Position numbers and translations under genes: made by a program
The notes under the pieces: model-generated
Database searches by the model: none
Told to the model about the DNA's origin: nothing
Seen by the model: the letters and a program-made list of their open reading frames with translations, nothing else
Virus record (IMG/VR): IMGVR_UViG_2737471818_000009
From: a virus
Taxonomy: Duplodnaviria; Heunggongvirae; Uroviricota; Caudoviricetes
Length of the DNA: 35,267 nucleotides
Direction: 5' to 3' (one strand)
Shown: positions 1-9,208 of the stretch, in pieces
Layout: every line of letters begins with the position of its first letter
Numbering within the stretch: the first letter of the stretch is position 1

Positions 1-278
1 GGTCATAACTCCTCATGTGTGTGGGGTGCTCAATGGCTCTCGTTATCTGGTTAAGTGTTTTGCAGCGCGGACATTTTATTTCAATGTAGTGAAATGAGGC
101 GCGGGCAAGTAGTTTGTTGCAATTTTTGCATCGTACATTTTGCGTCATTTGCGGCACCTCTTGTGTGGTTACTGCTGCCGATATGATAACAAATCGATCG
201 TTTTTATCGATCGGATTTATTGCATCGATCTGTCATGCCTATTGCTTACGAATAGTGTCACCCTCATTTGTGAGGGCA

Positions 279-322
279 ACAAAAAGAAAACCCGCAGTTT
301 TTACGCTGCGGGTTTGTTGTTC
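279..322. terminator. Rho-independent terminator candidate, bidirectional
   Basis: Stem cccgcag / ctgcggg (291..297 and 306..312) with 8-nt loop, A-rich run 279..291 on plus (T-run on minus) and tttgttgtt after it on plus; lies downstream of the minus-strand hok-like ORF. Confidence 0.4.
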
Positions 323-400
323 ATGTCTGTGAGATAGGGTGCCACTTCAGCCAACCTTAGCAACCGATTGACGGGGGATTACTCCCCCGTCGCGGTTTCC

Positions 401-541
401 TTACTGTTTACACTGTAAGAACGCCGCAAACTCCGCTCCCCAGAATCTCATCCGTATCTCGCACAGCGAACCGTGCAGCATCCAGATGATGAGGATTGCC
501 GTCACGCAGAACGTGATGGCTATAAGCGATTTTTGCGACAT
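401..541 (-). CDS. hok: Hok/Gef-family type I toxin (46 aa, below the ORF-track size cutoff)
   Basis: Hand translation: MSQKSLIAITFCVTAILIIWMLHGSLCEIRMRFWGAEFAAFLQCKQ; single TM segment followed by the Hok signature SLCEIR...E(F/V)AAF; ATG at 539..541 preceded by GGAG 8 nt upstream; perfect 9-bp hairpin at 370..391 just past the stop. Confidence 0.7.
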   Translation of the reverse strand: MSQKSLIAITFCVTAILIIWMLHGSLCEIRMRFWGAEFAAFLQCKQ

Positions 542-805
542 AGCACTTGCTCCTTTTTTTGCAAAGGCGCTAAGCTCTTGCCCGCTTATTGATTACGTTG
601 TGAAACGCCCAGAGTTGAACATAAGGTTTAGTTGGGCCTTTTTACATCTGGCCTTCGTGTTTGCTGTCCAGCCATCAGTCGAAAGGTGTCCGCGTGAATT
701 CTAGCCTGCTTTTTTTTCTTGCTTCAATACGTTGACTAATTTCAACACTCTGTTGTGCATATCCTGAACGCAGACATTATTCAATCACGCATTTGATACA
801 TGCTT

Positions 806-830
806 CCGCCGGCGTTCGCGCCGGTTTTTT
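806..830 (+). terminator. Rho-independent terminator candidate
   Basis: Stem ccggcg (809..814) / cgccgg (819..824), loop ttcg, followed by tttttt (825..830). Confidence 0.45.
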
Positions 831-1065
831 CGTCCTGTTGCTGCGTAGATCGTCATGTGCGATCGAGGTGCGGTATTGATCCTTTTTTCAGTTTAATTTT
901 GACTCTTAATTTTACGCAGGCTGCGCCGCGTCTGGCTTCGTTGTTTGATGGTTGTTTAATGTGATCCTTTCGTGATCGTTTTTCGTCTCGCGTAAAGTAT
1001 GAAAACTCTTTTAATATCATGCTGTTTTATTGCTCCTGCCATTTGCGTGATCGTAAAAACCTCTC

Positions 1066-1170
1066 TGAAAACTGAAAAAAATTTCAAAGCGTGAAATTTC
1101 AGATCTTCGCTTTTCCCTCAGTTGCTGCGCGGGCTGGCTGTCATTTTTGCACGGCAGAAAACTGAAAAAC
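1066..1170. repeat. Two direct copies of GAAAACTGAAAAA about 90 bp apart
   Basis: gaaaactgaaaaa at 1068..1080 and 1158..1170 in the noncoding left flank. Confidence 0.35.
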
Positions 1171-1211
1171 TGTTTCGACACAAAACCCGCGGGTTGGAGG
1201 GGGGAGCGCGG

Positions 1212-1254
1212 TTTACGTCACCTCATGCTTTACGTCACACCGTTTACGTGGTGT
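1212..1254. repeat. Three direct TTTACGT(C/G) repeats with an embedded inverted repeat
   Basis: tttacgtcac at 1212..1221 and 1229..1238, tttacgtggt at 1243..1252; cacacc / ggtgtg inverted repeat flanks the third copy; cccgcggg palindrome just upstream. Confidence 0.4.
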
Positions 1255-1307
1255 GCGTATACAGCGCCGGAATGGCACGCAGAACGCATTAATCAGGTGG
1301 CAGATAT

Positions 1308-1333
1308 GAAAACGCACGACCGGAGCCGTGCGT
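1308..1333 (-). terminator. Rho-independent terminator candidate at the end of the late tail operon
   Basis: Stem acgcacg (1312..1318) / cgtgcgt (1327..1333) with 8-nt loop, followed on the minus strand by TTTTC (plus-strand gaaaa 1308..1312); 43 nt downstream of the last late gene stop. Confidence 0.45.
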
Positions 1334-1375
1334 TGTGTGATGGGGCGTTTATGGGGGGGGCTTTATGCCCGGTGA

Positions 1376-3073
1376 TCAGGCGATAAGGTCACCGTATTTT
1401 TCGCGCAGGCTCGTAGCCTGTTGGGCGTCTGCGGCAAGTTCGCTGCTGTTTGTTGGTGCGCCAGTATTGCTATGGGTATGGTTTGCAGTGTGTGTGGCCA
1501 GCAACTGAACCAGATCCAGAATATCAATCAACAACGTCAGCAGATTAAGTCCGGATTTTTCCCGTGAGCCACCGCGCCCAATAAATACAGTCGGGGCGGT
1601 AAATTCCAGGCCGCCGTCCGCCCGGCATGTTCTGCGGCCTCCCACGTTTTCGGTGAGGTTATGCTCGATGGTGGATGTCGCCCCTTTGAGTTTAGTCAGC
1701 AAATCCTGCGCTACCATCTGGATATGCTCACCGGCTGCGATCGCATAATGGCCAGTAGTAATGTGTTCTGTCTGACCTGTCATCAGCTTGCTGGTTCCCA
1801 GAACGCTGGTTATGTCGTTTGCCTGTACTGTTGTTGTTCTGGTTGTTGTTGTGCGTTCTTCCTGATCGCTGTTAATGGTTCGCCTGGCTGAATGCTCCCT
1901 GATTTGCTGGTCGGTTTCTCTGTGCCAGCTTCCGTCAGTCGTGACACGCTGAAACACCTCTGCGCGCTGTTGTTGCAATTGTTCGCCGGGCTTTACATCA
2001 GGCAAGTTATGACCAGCGGGTAAAATTTGCCTGATAACAGGCTTATCTGGGCGTCCTTCAATGTTGGATATTTCCACGATGGTGCCTGCTGGCGGGTAGG
2101 CAAAACATCCCGCCTCACTGCCAGCCATGGGGACGGGGAGTGGTACTGCCGGGTAAACAGGCGTATCGTTTTTATCGTTGCCGTTCTCATCAAGCAACTG
2201 CACATCGACGGCGTAGCGTGGGCGGAAACTGTCGGCTACATCGCCCAGGGTGACGGATTCCGTTGGGGCAATGACGCGCGCCAGCCGGGTATGAAGAGTA
2301 CCGCTGGCCAGTTCCGGGAACTGTGTTTCCATTTGTCTGCGTAATGGTGATTTGGAAACAGGGCTACCCGTGGCGGTAAGGCGCTCCCATGTCAGGGTCA
2401 TTTTCTCGTTGTTGAGGGCTACACGGGTAATGCGCCCGGCGGGAAGATTCACGCCCGGTCGCACAGTTTCCATAAACATGATGTCGATGCTGTTTCCGCC
2501 GCTTTGCCCGAGTGTGTACTGTTGCGGAATATCCGGCATGGTAATACTGGCAAACCGTGAATCAGCTGCGCTCCCCACAAATACAGAACCGTCCGGCATA
2601 GGGTGCCAGACGTAATCGCTGATACTGAATGCTCGCCCCAGTTGGCTGAGCAGTTGTGCTCCGCTGCCGCTGTGGGTGATGTAGGGAGTTGGTATACCGG
2701 CATAATCCGCATCCGGAGTGATAAAAACGATACCGCTTTGTCGCCCCAGATTATCGAGTACCCCCCGCAGCGTCGGGTGTTGCATGGAGCAGGGGAAATC
2801 AAAATCCAGCACAGCAGCTGCTTCACGGATAAAAAGGCGACGTGAGCCATTTTCAGCAGGTTGATCGCGCTCAATATAGCCGGAGAAATAGCGCCATGCT
2901 TCACCGTCACGACCGAGATCAATTTGTACCATTGCGCCGGCAAGGCTGTGTTCGGGTGACAGATTGTTAACAGAAATGAAGCCACGACCGGCAGCATTCA
3001 GGGTAAGAACAAGGCTTATATCGGCAATTTCCACCCGTTCGCCATTAATCATGCAGCGTTGTATCAATTTCAT
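1376..3073 (-). CDS. Putative baseplate hub/spike-like tail protein (gpD/gp27-like N-terminal region, tentative), 565 aa
   Basis: Last gene of the late operon, ATGA-coupled to the upstream ORF; N-terminal segment (VQIDLGRDGEAWRYFSGYIER) resembles late-control-D/VgrG hub proteins; PAGTIVEISNIEGRPDKPVI resembles a gpV/gp5 OB-fold motif; assignment by eye only. Confidence 0.4.
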   Translation of the reverse strand: MKLIQRCMINGERVEIADISLVLTLNAAGRGFISVNNLSPEHSLAGAMVQIDLGRDGEAWRYFSGYIERDQPAENGSRRLFIREAAAVLDFDFPCSMQHPTLRGVLDNLGRQSGIVFITPDADYAGIPTPYITHSGSGAQLLSQLGRAFSISDYVWHPMPDGSVFVGSAADSRFASITMPDIPQQYTLGQSGGNSIDIMFMETVRPGVNLPAGRITRVALNNEKMTLTWERLTATGSPVSKSPLRRQMETQFPELASGTLHTRLARVIAPTESVTLGDVADSFRPRYAVDVQLLDENGNDKNDTPVYPAVPLPVPMAGSEAGCFAYPPAGTIVEISNIEGRPDKPVIRQILPAGHNLPDVKPGEQLQQQRAEVFQRVTTDGSWHRETDQQIREHSARRTINSDQEERTTTTRTTTVQANDITSVLGTSKLMTGQTEHITTGHYAIAAGEHIQMVAQDLLTKLKGATSTIEHNLTENVGGRRTCRADGGLEFTAPTVFIGRGGSREKSGLNLLTLLIDILDLVQLLATHTANHTHSNTGAPTNSSELAADAQQATSLREKYGDLIA

Positions 3074-3645
3074 GTTTTCCCTTCCTCTTTCACGCTCCCG
3101 ATGCCAACAGCATCCAGACCAGACCCAACGGCATCATTGATTTTTTTCCAGAACGAACTTTGCGTATTCATGCCTTTGTCTGGTGCCTGTTCGCTGCCAT
3201 TCTGGGTCTGCTGTCTGGCGATGTTTTTTTGCGAGCCGCTGCGTGCGGATGCTTTCTCTGGCACGCTTAATTTTTCCCTGAGAGTAAAGGTGATCTGCCA
3301 GTGCATTTTTCCCTGTTGTTCCGTGGCATCAATGCCACCAGAAAATACCCCCTGTCGCATATTGATTGCCTTCGCGGTAGCGTTAGCAATGCGATATGTT
3401 TTTTTGGCTCCGTTGCTTTCTGTTGCCTCCGCAAGCTGAAAAATCCGGGTCAGAATAGCTTCATCGTTAAAATCAATAACCCCCGACACGCGCAGCTCTT
3501 TAGCCTTGTTTCCCTGCTGGGCGCTCGTGGTGCTGGTTGACTGTCCGGACATATCTTTGTCCGGTAGTTGCATGGTGGCGCTGACGGTGATGTTGCGCAG
3601 CAGAATGGCTTCCCCGTCAAGCGCAAGGACAATCATCTGGGTCAT
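3070..3645 (-). CDS. Hypothetical protein, 191 aa, probably tail/baseplate associated
   Basis: ATG at 3643..3645 (alternative 3634..3636); overlaps both neighbours; Ser/Thr/Gln-rich linker; no recognisable motif. Confidence 0.35.
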   Translation of the reverse strand: MTQMIVLALDGEAILLRNITVSATMQLPDKDMSGQSTSTTSAQQGNKAKELRVSGVIDFNDEAILTRIFQLAEATESNGAKKTYRIANATAKAINMRQGVFSGGIDATEQQGKMHWQITFTLREKLSVPEKASARSGSQKNIARQQTQNGSEQAPDKGMNTQSSFWKKINDAVGSGLDAVGIGSVKEEGKT

Positions 3646-4330
3646 GTAGTGCTTCCCTTAGTGATGAGAGATTATCGCCGACGAACAGCATCGCAGCTGT
3701 AAAAACCCACTCTGGGTGTGGGATATTTTTTTGTATCAGCACTGCAGCCTGGCTAAGGGCTCCCTTGTAGCAAAAGCGCCACACCGGGCAAAATTTTTGC
3801 CTGAGTGCGGCCTGCTGATCAGCGATTTCCTGCAGTGCTTTATCTCTCGCATGCATGAACTGATGCAGCGATGATGACAATGTTTCCAGTGATGTGACGG
3901 CAGGAGTGGCTGCCTGTGCAATGGTTGCTGCCAGCGACATGCTGCGAGTGGTCTGTGTCGACAGCATTATCGGTTCCGGAAGTGATGTTACCGGTCTGGC
4001 GGGGATTTGCATTCTGCTGATGGCCAGTGAAAGCTGGCTGGAGATCATGCGGGACATTCGTCCCACCTCTGGCAACGGAAATGCGCCTGAAAATTGCCTG
4101 GCGAGTGATAAAAACTCGCCAGCAGAAGGGGTGCAAAATAACAGCGCTACAATGTCCTTTTCTGTGCTTTCTTTCAGATAGGGTAAAAGTGCAGATACAG
4201 CATTTTTGGGGCTGAGATAACGCCCCGATGGTGTGATGTTTCCGGTATTCTCTGACCACGGATGAAGGCAAACCACAGAACATTTAATGTTCATGGCTGA
4301 CGGGCGCAGAATTGCCTTTTCCCATTTCAT
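3617..4330 (-). CDS. Hypothetical protein, 237 aa, function unknown
   Basis: ATG 4328..4330 overlaps the stop of the upstream tail fibre assembly gene (ATGA coupling); no recognisable motif. Confidence 0.35.
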   Translation of the reverse strand: MKWEKAILRPSAMNIKCSVVCLHPWSENTGNITPSGRYLSPKNAVSALLPYLKESTEKDIVALLFCTPSAGEFLSLARQFSGAFPLPEVGRMSRMISSQLSLAISRMQIPARPVTSLPEPIMLSTQTTRSMSLAATIAQAATPAVTSLETLSSSLHQFMHARDKALQEIADQQAALRQKFCPVWRFCYKGALSQAAVLIQKNIPHPEWVFTAAMLFVGDNLSSLREALHDPDDCPCA

Positions 4331-4902
4331 TGTGGCTCTCCAGCCTGAAAAGCGCGGATGTCGGCAAGATTATTCAGGTTTTCCAGCGCGTCTTTCATCT
4401 CTCGCTGACGTCGAAAAATTTCATCGTTGCGGTTAACCTGCGCCTGCGCCATAGCTGCAGCCAGCTCCTCCAGTTCTGTTATCGACAGTTTCACCTGCTG
4501 ATTATCAGCATCACTCCATGTCATAACGTCCCGCTGCGCTGTGTCAGATCCTGCAGCCATTACCAACGGGTAAAGGCGGGCCAGCGAGTCGGGGCCGGCA
4601 TTCCAGGTGTGACCGTTCCATTCAAACGTGAACGGCTGCGCTTCCTGTTCTGTGCGCCAGGCTTCGATTTCCCGCTTTTTGGCATCTTTTGCCACTGCGA
4701 TAAGTTCCGGCGTGACAGTAAACGGAGCGATTTCGCCCCATCTGCCACTCTGCAGTTCCCGCCAGATTTGCCGGCCCGTTTCTGCTGTATCATTTGCCGA
4801 AGCGGTGTATGGAACCGGCGTTTCCATACCTGAAAACACGACCATGCAGTCAACATCTCCGCTTTCAAGATACCGTTGTTCGCTGATTTTTTTTATTTCC
4901 AT
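4327..4902 (-). CDS. Tail fibre assembly chaperone (second copy)
   Basis: 191 aa, immediately downstream of a tail fibre gene; start overlaps the fibre stop; typical Tfa size and position. Confidence 0.65.
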   Translation of the reverse strand: MEIKKISEQRYLESGDVDCMVVFSGMETPVPYTASANDTAETGRQIWRELQSGRWGEIAPFTVTPELIAVAKDAKKREIEAWRTEQEAQPFTFEWNGHTWNAGPDSLARLYPLVMAAGSDTAQRDVMTWSDADNQQVKLSITELEELAAAMAQAQVNRNDEIFRRQREMKDALENLNNLADIRAFQAGEPQ

Positions 4903-6947
4903 TACATCGTCCTTATAAAGGCTGCAATAATGAACTCACCTTCTCCGGTGTAATCCGGTGTCCCGGAAAGTGCGCGGTAAACGCCTGGCAGTGTGTGTTT
5001 CTCTGCACCAGAAAGTCCAATTTTCGGCGACGATAACGCCCCTTCCGCAACACTGAATACTACAGGTGTCAGGGCGGAGCCCGGATAATATTGCCCTCGT
5101 CTGATACTGACCGTTTTATTACTGCCTCTGCCCTGAAGAGCTGCCAGCGTTATGCTTCCTGTATATGGGTCACCATAATCATCATTTGTGGTCCTGCTCA
5201 GAATTTGCGTAATATCATTCTGGTCAATATTTATTTTCCCCCACTCACTCAGTGAAGGACCATGTATGGCATCGTATGTTGCCCGGTACAGTTCACCGTT
5301 CATCCCGTAAAAAACAGCCATCTTCAGCATTACCGGGACAGTAAGGTTATTCCGCATCTCATCGGCAAAAAATAAATCAATCACACCTGTAAACTGTACT
5401 TCCGGTATAATTTCGCAGTCTGCGCTGACCGTATACCGCCCCGGTGTGGCATTTGAGATCCAGTCAAGAAGCACTTCCTTCGACGAAAAGCTGAGAACGT
5501 CACCTTTTGTGAAGATATGCCCGAATCCCAGACTGCCTGCAACTGCAGCCCGTCCCGGCGTTCTGTCATAAATGTCTGACTGGAGCTCATAATTTCCGCC
5601 CGATGCTGAATTTCCACTATTTCCACTGATACCCAGAACGTCACACATCTCTTCGGCTGTGGATTGTGACAGCAGCTGTTTCCCTTTTTCAGAAACAGGA
5701 ACCAGAGAACACTGCCCGTCACCGGTAAAACCGGGAAAACCGCTCCCGTCAGAAGGAAGATTACCTAACGCAGTCAGAACGGGACTTAACGGCTGTTTTC
5801 CGGCCAGCGCGTTCATCATTGTTGTCGCAAAGCTCGGGTCATTACCCAGCGCCTCCGCCAGTTCGTTCAGCGTGTCCAGGGCTTCCGGTGATGAATCAAC
5901 CAGTGCAGCAAGTAGTTTGCGGACAAACGCCGCATTAGCTATTTCATTACCTGCTGCATCATCCGGTGGTGTTGGCGTGGACGGCGTTCCAGTCAGCGCC
6001 GGGCTGTTCAGTGGGGCGCGGGTTTCAATCAGTGCCCGGAGTGTAGCCTCGTTGACTTTAAGGTTTTCCCAGCCAACCAGATAACCATCTCCGGTAGTCC
6101 AGTATCGGTTGTAATAAATATGGCCGTTAATACCGCAGAAAATAATAACTTTAGCTACATATGCCGGATTAGGATTGGTCTGATGTTCCGGCCAGATAAT
6201 TTCAATAGTGCCGCTGAACAGGACTTTAGGAATGATTTTATCTGCACCATAAACGATATAACGACCAGGTGTTGCCGTTTTTACCCACAGTAGAAAATCA
6301 GCCTCCGTTTTAAACTCGATCCTGTCACCACTGGAAAATATTTTCCCGAACCCGAACATGCCCGGAATTGCCAGACGGCCCGCGGTACGATCGTGGGTAC
6401 CGTCCTGCGACTCCATTGTGGCTGCGCTTTTTAGTCCAAGATTATCGCGGGATTCCTGCTGTGCTTCCGCGCCTGCTGCCGCAATTTCTGACAGATGGTT
6501 TGGAGCTTTCAACATTGTTTTCAGTTCCGGATAAATATCCACTTGCCAGCTTTGTGGGGGTACGGTGATTTGCGCAGACCGTGCTATGCCCTGATAAGTA
6601 ATCGTGAAGTTTCTGATCAGTGACTCGCCGGCATGTTTCTGTCTGACAGGTGTTTTTATTACGCCGCATAATGTTCCGCTGGCCTGATGAACCAGGCAAA
6701 TCCAGTCATAGCTGAATGCACAGTCATCAGGGACAACCGCGCTACACACAATATTGTTCGGGCTTAACTGGCCGTAGGTCAGTTCATTCACAGCATATGT
6801 GATTTTTTCTTCCGGAACGGTATTATCTTCGCGCGTTGGTTCCCGCTCCATCAGGGCAAAAATAATAGCGTCAGGGCGTGCAGGCAAATTACTGGCTGTG
6901 CATTCCGCAACCCACTTTTCAAATGCTTTCGTCAACAGTGCGCTCAT
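4902..6947 (-). CDS. Tail fibre protein (second fibre, 681 aa)
   Basis: N-terminus (MSALLTKAFEKWVAECTASNLPARPD) parallels that of the first fibre; Gly/Ser-rich repeats; followed by a Tfa gene. Confidence 0.7.
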   Translation of the reverse strand: MSALLTKAFEKWVAECTASNLPARPDAIIFALMEREPTREDNTVPEEKITYAVNELTYGQLSPNNIVCSAVVPDDCAFSYDWICLVHQASGTLCGVIKTPVRQKHAGESLIRNFTITYQGIARSAQITVPPQSWQVDIYPELKTMLKAPNHLSEIAAAGAEAQQESRDNLGLKSAATMESQDGTHDRTAGRLAIPGMFGFGKIFSSGDRIEFKTEADFLLWVKTATPGRYIVYGADKIIPKVLFSGTIEIIWPEHQTNPNPAYVAKVIIFCGINGHIYYNRYWTTGDGYLVGWENLKVNEATLRALIETRAPLNSPALTGTPSTPTPPDDAAGNEIANAAFVRKLLAALVDSSPEALDTLNELAEALGNDPSFATTMMNALAGKQPLSPVLTALGNLPSDGSGFPGFTGDGQCSLVPVSEKGKQLLSQSTAEEMCDVLGISGNSGNSASGGNYELQSDIYDRTPGRAAVAGSLGFGHIFTKGDVLSFSSKEVLLDWISNATPGRYTVSADCEIIPEVQFTGVIDLFFADEMRNNLTVPVMLKMAVFYGMNGELYRATYDAIHGPSLSEWGKINIDQNDITQILSRTTNDDYGDPYTGSITLAALQGRGSNKTVSIRRGQYYPGSALTPVVFSVAEGALSSPKIGLSGAEKHTLPGVYRALSGTPDYTGEGEFIIAAFIRTM

Positions 6948-6953
6948 TACTTC

Positions 6954-7505
6954 TTAATTCTCGCTAATGTTCTGCGGTAATTCTGGCCATACAATCGCGG
7001 CATACGATGCTCTATCTGTAACCTGGCTGAATGTCATCTCCCGTAACGTTTTTGTATAAATACGGCAGGCTTTCAGTTTTTCCCTGTCTTCGTCGCTGAT
7101 TAATCCCAGCAGCAGATCTTTTTCCCATTCGCTGGTCATGATGCTGACCTGTTTTAACAGTGCATCACGCTCATCTTCCGCTTTAAGTTTGTAGTCGAAA
7201 ACAAATTCATCATTGCGGTAAAACCAGTAACCCGGTGCGGTAATGCGGCGGTTAGCGGTAATATCAGGAACTTCAATAACACTGGCGTTACGGGGTTCAA
7301 TGCCTGTCACATCCTTACCGACCCACACCACGCGTCCGTCTCCGGTGTAAACCATTTTTATGGTGTCACTGGTAAAGTTCTTCTGTTCTTCATACCAGTT
7401 TTTGCCGTCTTCCGAAAAAAGCCAGGTGACATCATATTGTTTTGTCAGCTGATATTGTTCCGCGGTTTTCGGATTACCCGCAGTAATACTTTTTAAATGC
7501 AACAT
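6954..7505 (-). CDS. Tail fibre assembly chaperone (first copy)
   Basis: 183 aa directly downstream of the first tail fibre gene. Confidence 0.65.
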   Translation of the reverse strand: MLHLKSITAGNPKTAEQYQLTKQYDVTWLFSEDGKNWYEEQKNFTSDTIKMVYTGDGRVVWVGKDVTGIEPRNASVIEVPDITANRRITAPGYWFYRNDEFVFDYKLKAEDERDALLKQVSIMTSEWEKDLLLGLISDEDREKLKACRIYTKTLREMTFSQVTDRASYAAIVWPELPQNISEN

Positions 7506-7507
7506 TG

Positions 7508-9208
7508 TTAAACACTCGCCACGTTATACCAGGTGCCATTAATCAGTTTCTGAAGCGGTCGGTAATACACGCCGCCGATGTTATCCGCCGAATTACTTCC
7601 GGTTTCCTGCACATTAATGCCGGATAACCCGTGGCCTGAAGGTGAGCGAAATGTCCAGGATATCTGGTTACCTCCCGGGTTGTAATACATTTCGGAACCG
7701 TACCTTACATCCTGCACTCCCTCTGTTCGCTGCTTATACCTGGCATCAAAGTTTCCGTAATCTGACGGCGTTACCCGACCGGAAGTGTTCATGGCCCTGT
7801 TACTTTGTAACGTCCCGTTCTGAAAACGGAATATATGCTGGCCGTTGGCATAAATATCCAGCAGACCGTCGCCATTCTGCTTTATACCCGTATCGTTATC
7901 CCCGAAAGCAATTGAGTTTCCGCCCAGCGCGTTCTGAACGCCGATACCCAGCGCACCATTCACCTGAGAACCGCCACCAACAGACACTTTATGCGACATG
8001 GATATTTCACCCGTCCGCAAATTAATAGTGAACGGACGCAGGGGGCCAATATCGCCGTTTTCGCCCTGATTTTCCCGGGTGGGAATAAGATGCAGGCACT
8101 CTTCAGAACGACGAAAAATCAGGCCAAAAGCTTCGTTGAAAATCCTCAGTGCATTAACACCACGGATTTTCAGCTCCCCGGTCATGGTGTCGCCGTCGCG
8201 CTCAACAGCGTCTTTTGCTTTATCCATTGCGGCTTTTACTGCCTTTGATGTGGCGGCGCGGTCTTCTGCGTCGCTGTCGGTGGAGTTGCTGTACTGCGCA
8301 AAGCCTTTCTCCTTCAGTGTTGCGTCCGGATGATGGCGGGATTTTTCGTGCTCTGCCAGTGCATTGCTTTGTTCTTCGTCGGGTGTCTCCGGGCGCAGGT
8401 CCTGTGGGCCGTCTCCTGTCATTTTTGCAAGTGGCGCGACAAAGTGTCGGAAGCCGTTACCGTCTGTATAAGACGCATGTTCCTGGCGGGCGCAAAACGT
8501 AAAAACGGTATTCCATTCGCCGGTAACAAATCCCTGCCAGCTTGCATCAATCCAGAGGGTATCCCCGACCGCAGCCGGCAGGCTGTAAGGTTCGCGCAGA
8601 CTGACGCGCAGACCTCCCACATAACCCACGCCGGCGGCAACAGTAGCGGTACCGTCCTGATAGCTGACCTGAAAACCATCCCCCAGAAAAGCGGCTTCAC
8701 CGTAGTGATCAAACGCCAGCAGCCGGCGGGCCTCATCCATTCCTGCAAGGCGTGCAGTGAAATCAATCTGCCAGACATCAGCGCTGACATCGATATGCAT
8801 TGCTGCGGCTGCGCCGTCAAACTCCATGGAAAATGTGCGGATCAGGTTGTTTCCCTGCACGCCGTTCGCTGTTTTAATTTTTTGCTGACGAGGTGTGTGT
8901 GCAATCATGCAGAGCACGCCGCTTTCTTCGTTCAGCAGGCCGATCCAGTTGTATTCGAAGTCGCCGACTGTCGTGTCCAGAATGATGGAAAACGCGGTCG
9001 CGTTCGGGGACAGGAGGCCGTACTGGGTGACCGGCGCACGATACTGAATCATGGATTCATCAGGGAGTATCTCATCGCGGGGGATCTCTGCGGATTCATC
9101 CTGTCCCGGAATATATGCAAAAACAAATGTATCCGGGCGCGCAGGTTTTCCACTGATGATTTGATTTGCGCACCAGTGTTCGTACTGTTCAGTAATAATC
9201 GTGCTCAT
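7508..9208 (-). CDS. Tail fibre protein (first fibre, 566 aa)
   Basis: N-terminus MSTIITEQYEHWCANQIISGKPARPD related to the second fibre; internal SNSTDSDAEDRAATSKAVKAAMD block typical of myovirus tail fibres; ATGA-coupled to the upstream baseplate gene. Confidence 0.75.
   Translation of the reverse strand: MSTIITEQYEHWCANQIISGKPARPDTFVFAYIPGQDESAEIPRDEILPDESMIQYRAPVTQYGLLSPNATAFSIILDTTVGDFEYNWIGLLNEESGVLCMIAHTPRQQKIKTANGVQGNNLIRTFSMEFDGAAAAMHIDVSADVWQIDFTARLAGMDEARRLLAFDHYGEAAFLGDGFQVSYQDGTATVAAGVGYVGGLRVSLREPYSLPAAVGDTLWIDASWQGFVTGEWNTVFTFCARQEHASYTDGNGFRHFVAPLAKMTGDGPQDLRPETPDEEQSNALAEHEKSRHHPDATLKEKGFAQYSNSTDSDAEDRAATSKAVKAAMDKAKDAVERDGDTMTGELKIRGVNALRIFNEAFGLIFRRSEECLHLIPTRENQGENGDIGPLRPFTINLRTGEISMSHKVSVGGGSQVNGALGIGVQNALGGNSIAFGDNDTGIKQNGDGLLDIYANGQHIFRFQNGTLQSNRAMNTSGRVTPSDYGNFDARYKQRTEGVQDVRYGSEMYYNPGGNQISWTFRSPSGHGLSGINVQETGSNSADNIGGVYYRPLQKLINGTWYNVASV

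Noticed and set aside
486-704. 72-aa plus-strand ORF
   Set aside because: Antisense to the hok-like toxin ORF and its leader; any product here is more likely an antisense RNA than a protein
4327-9208. Invertible tail-fibre segment (Mu G-segment-like)
   Set aside because: Both fibre and chaperone pairs are on the same strand and no invertase gene or flanking inverted repeats are present
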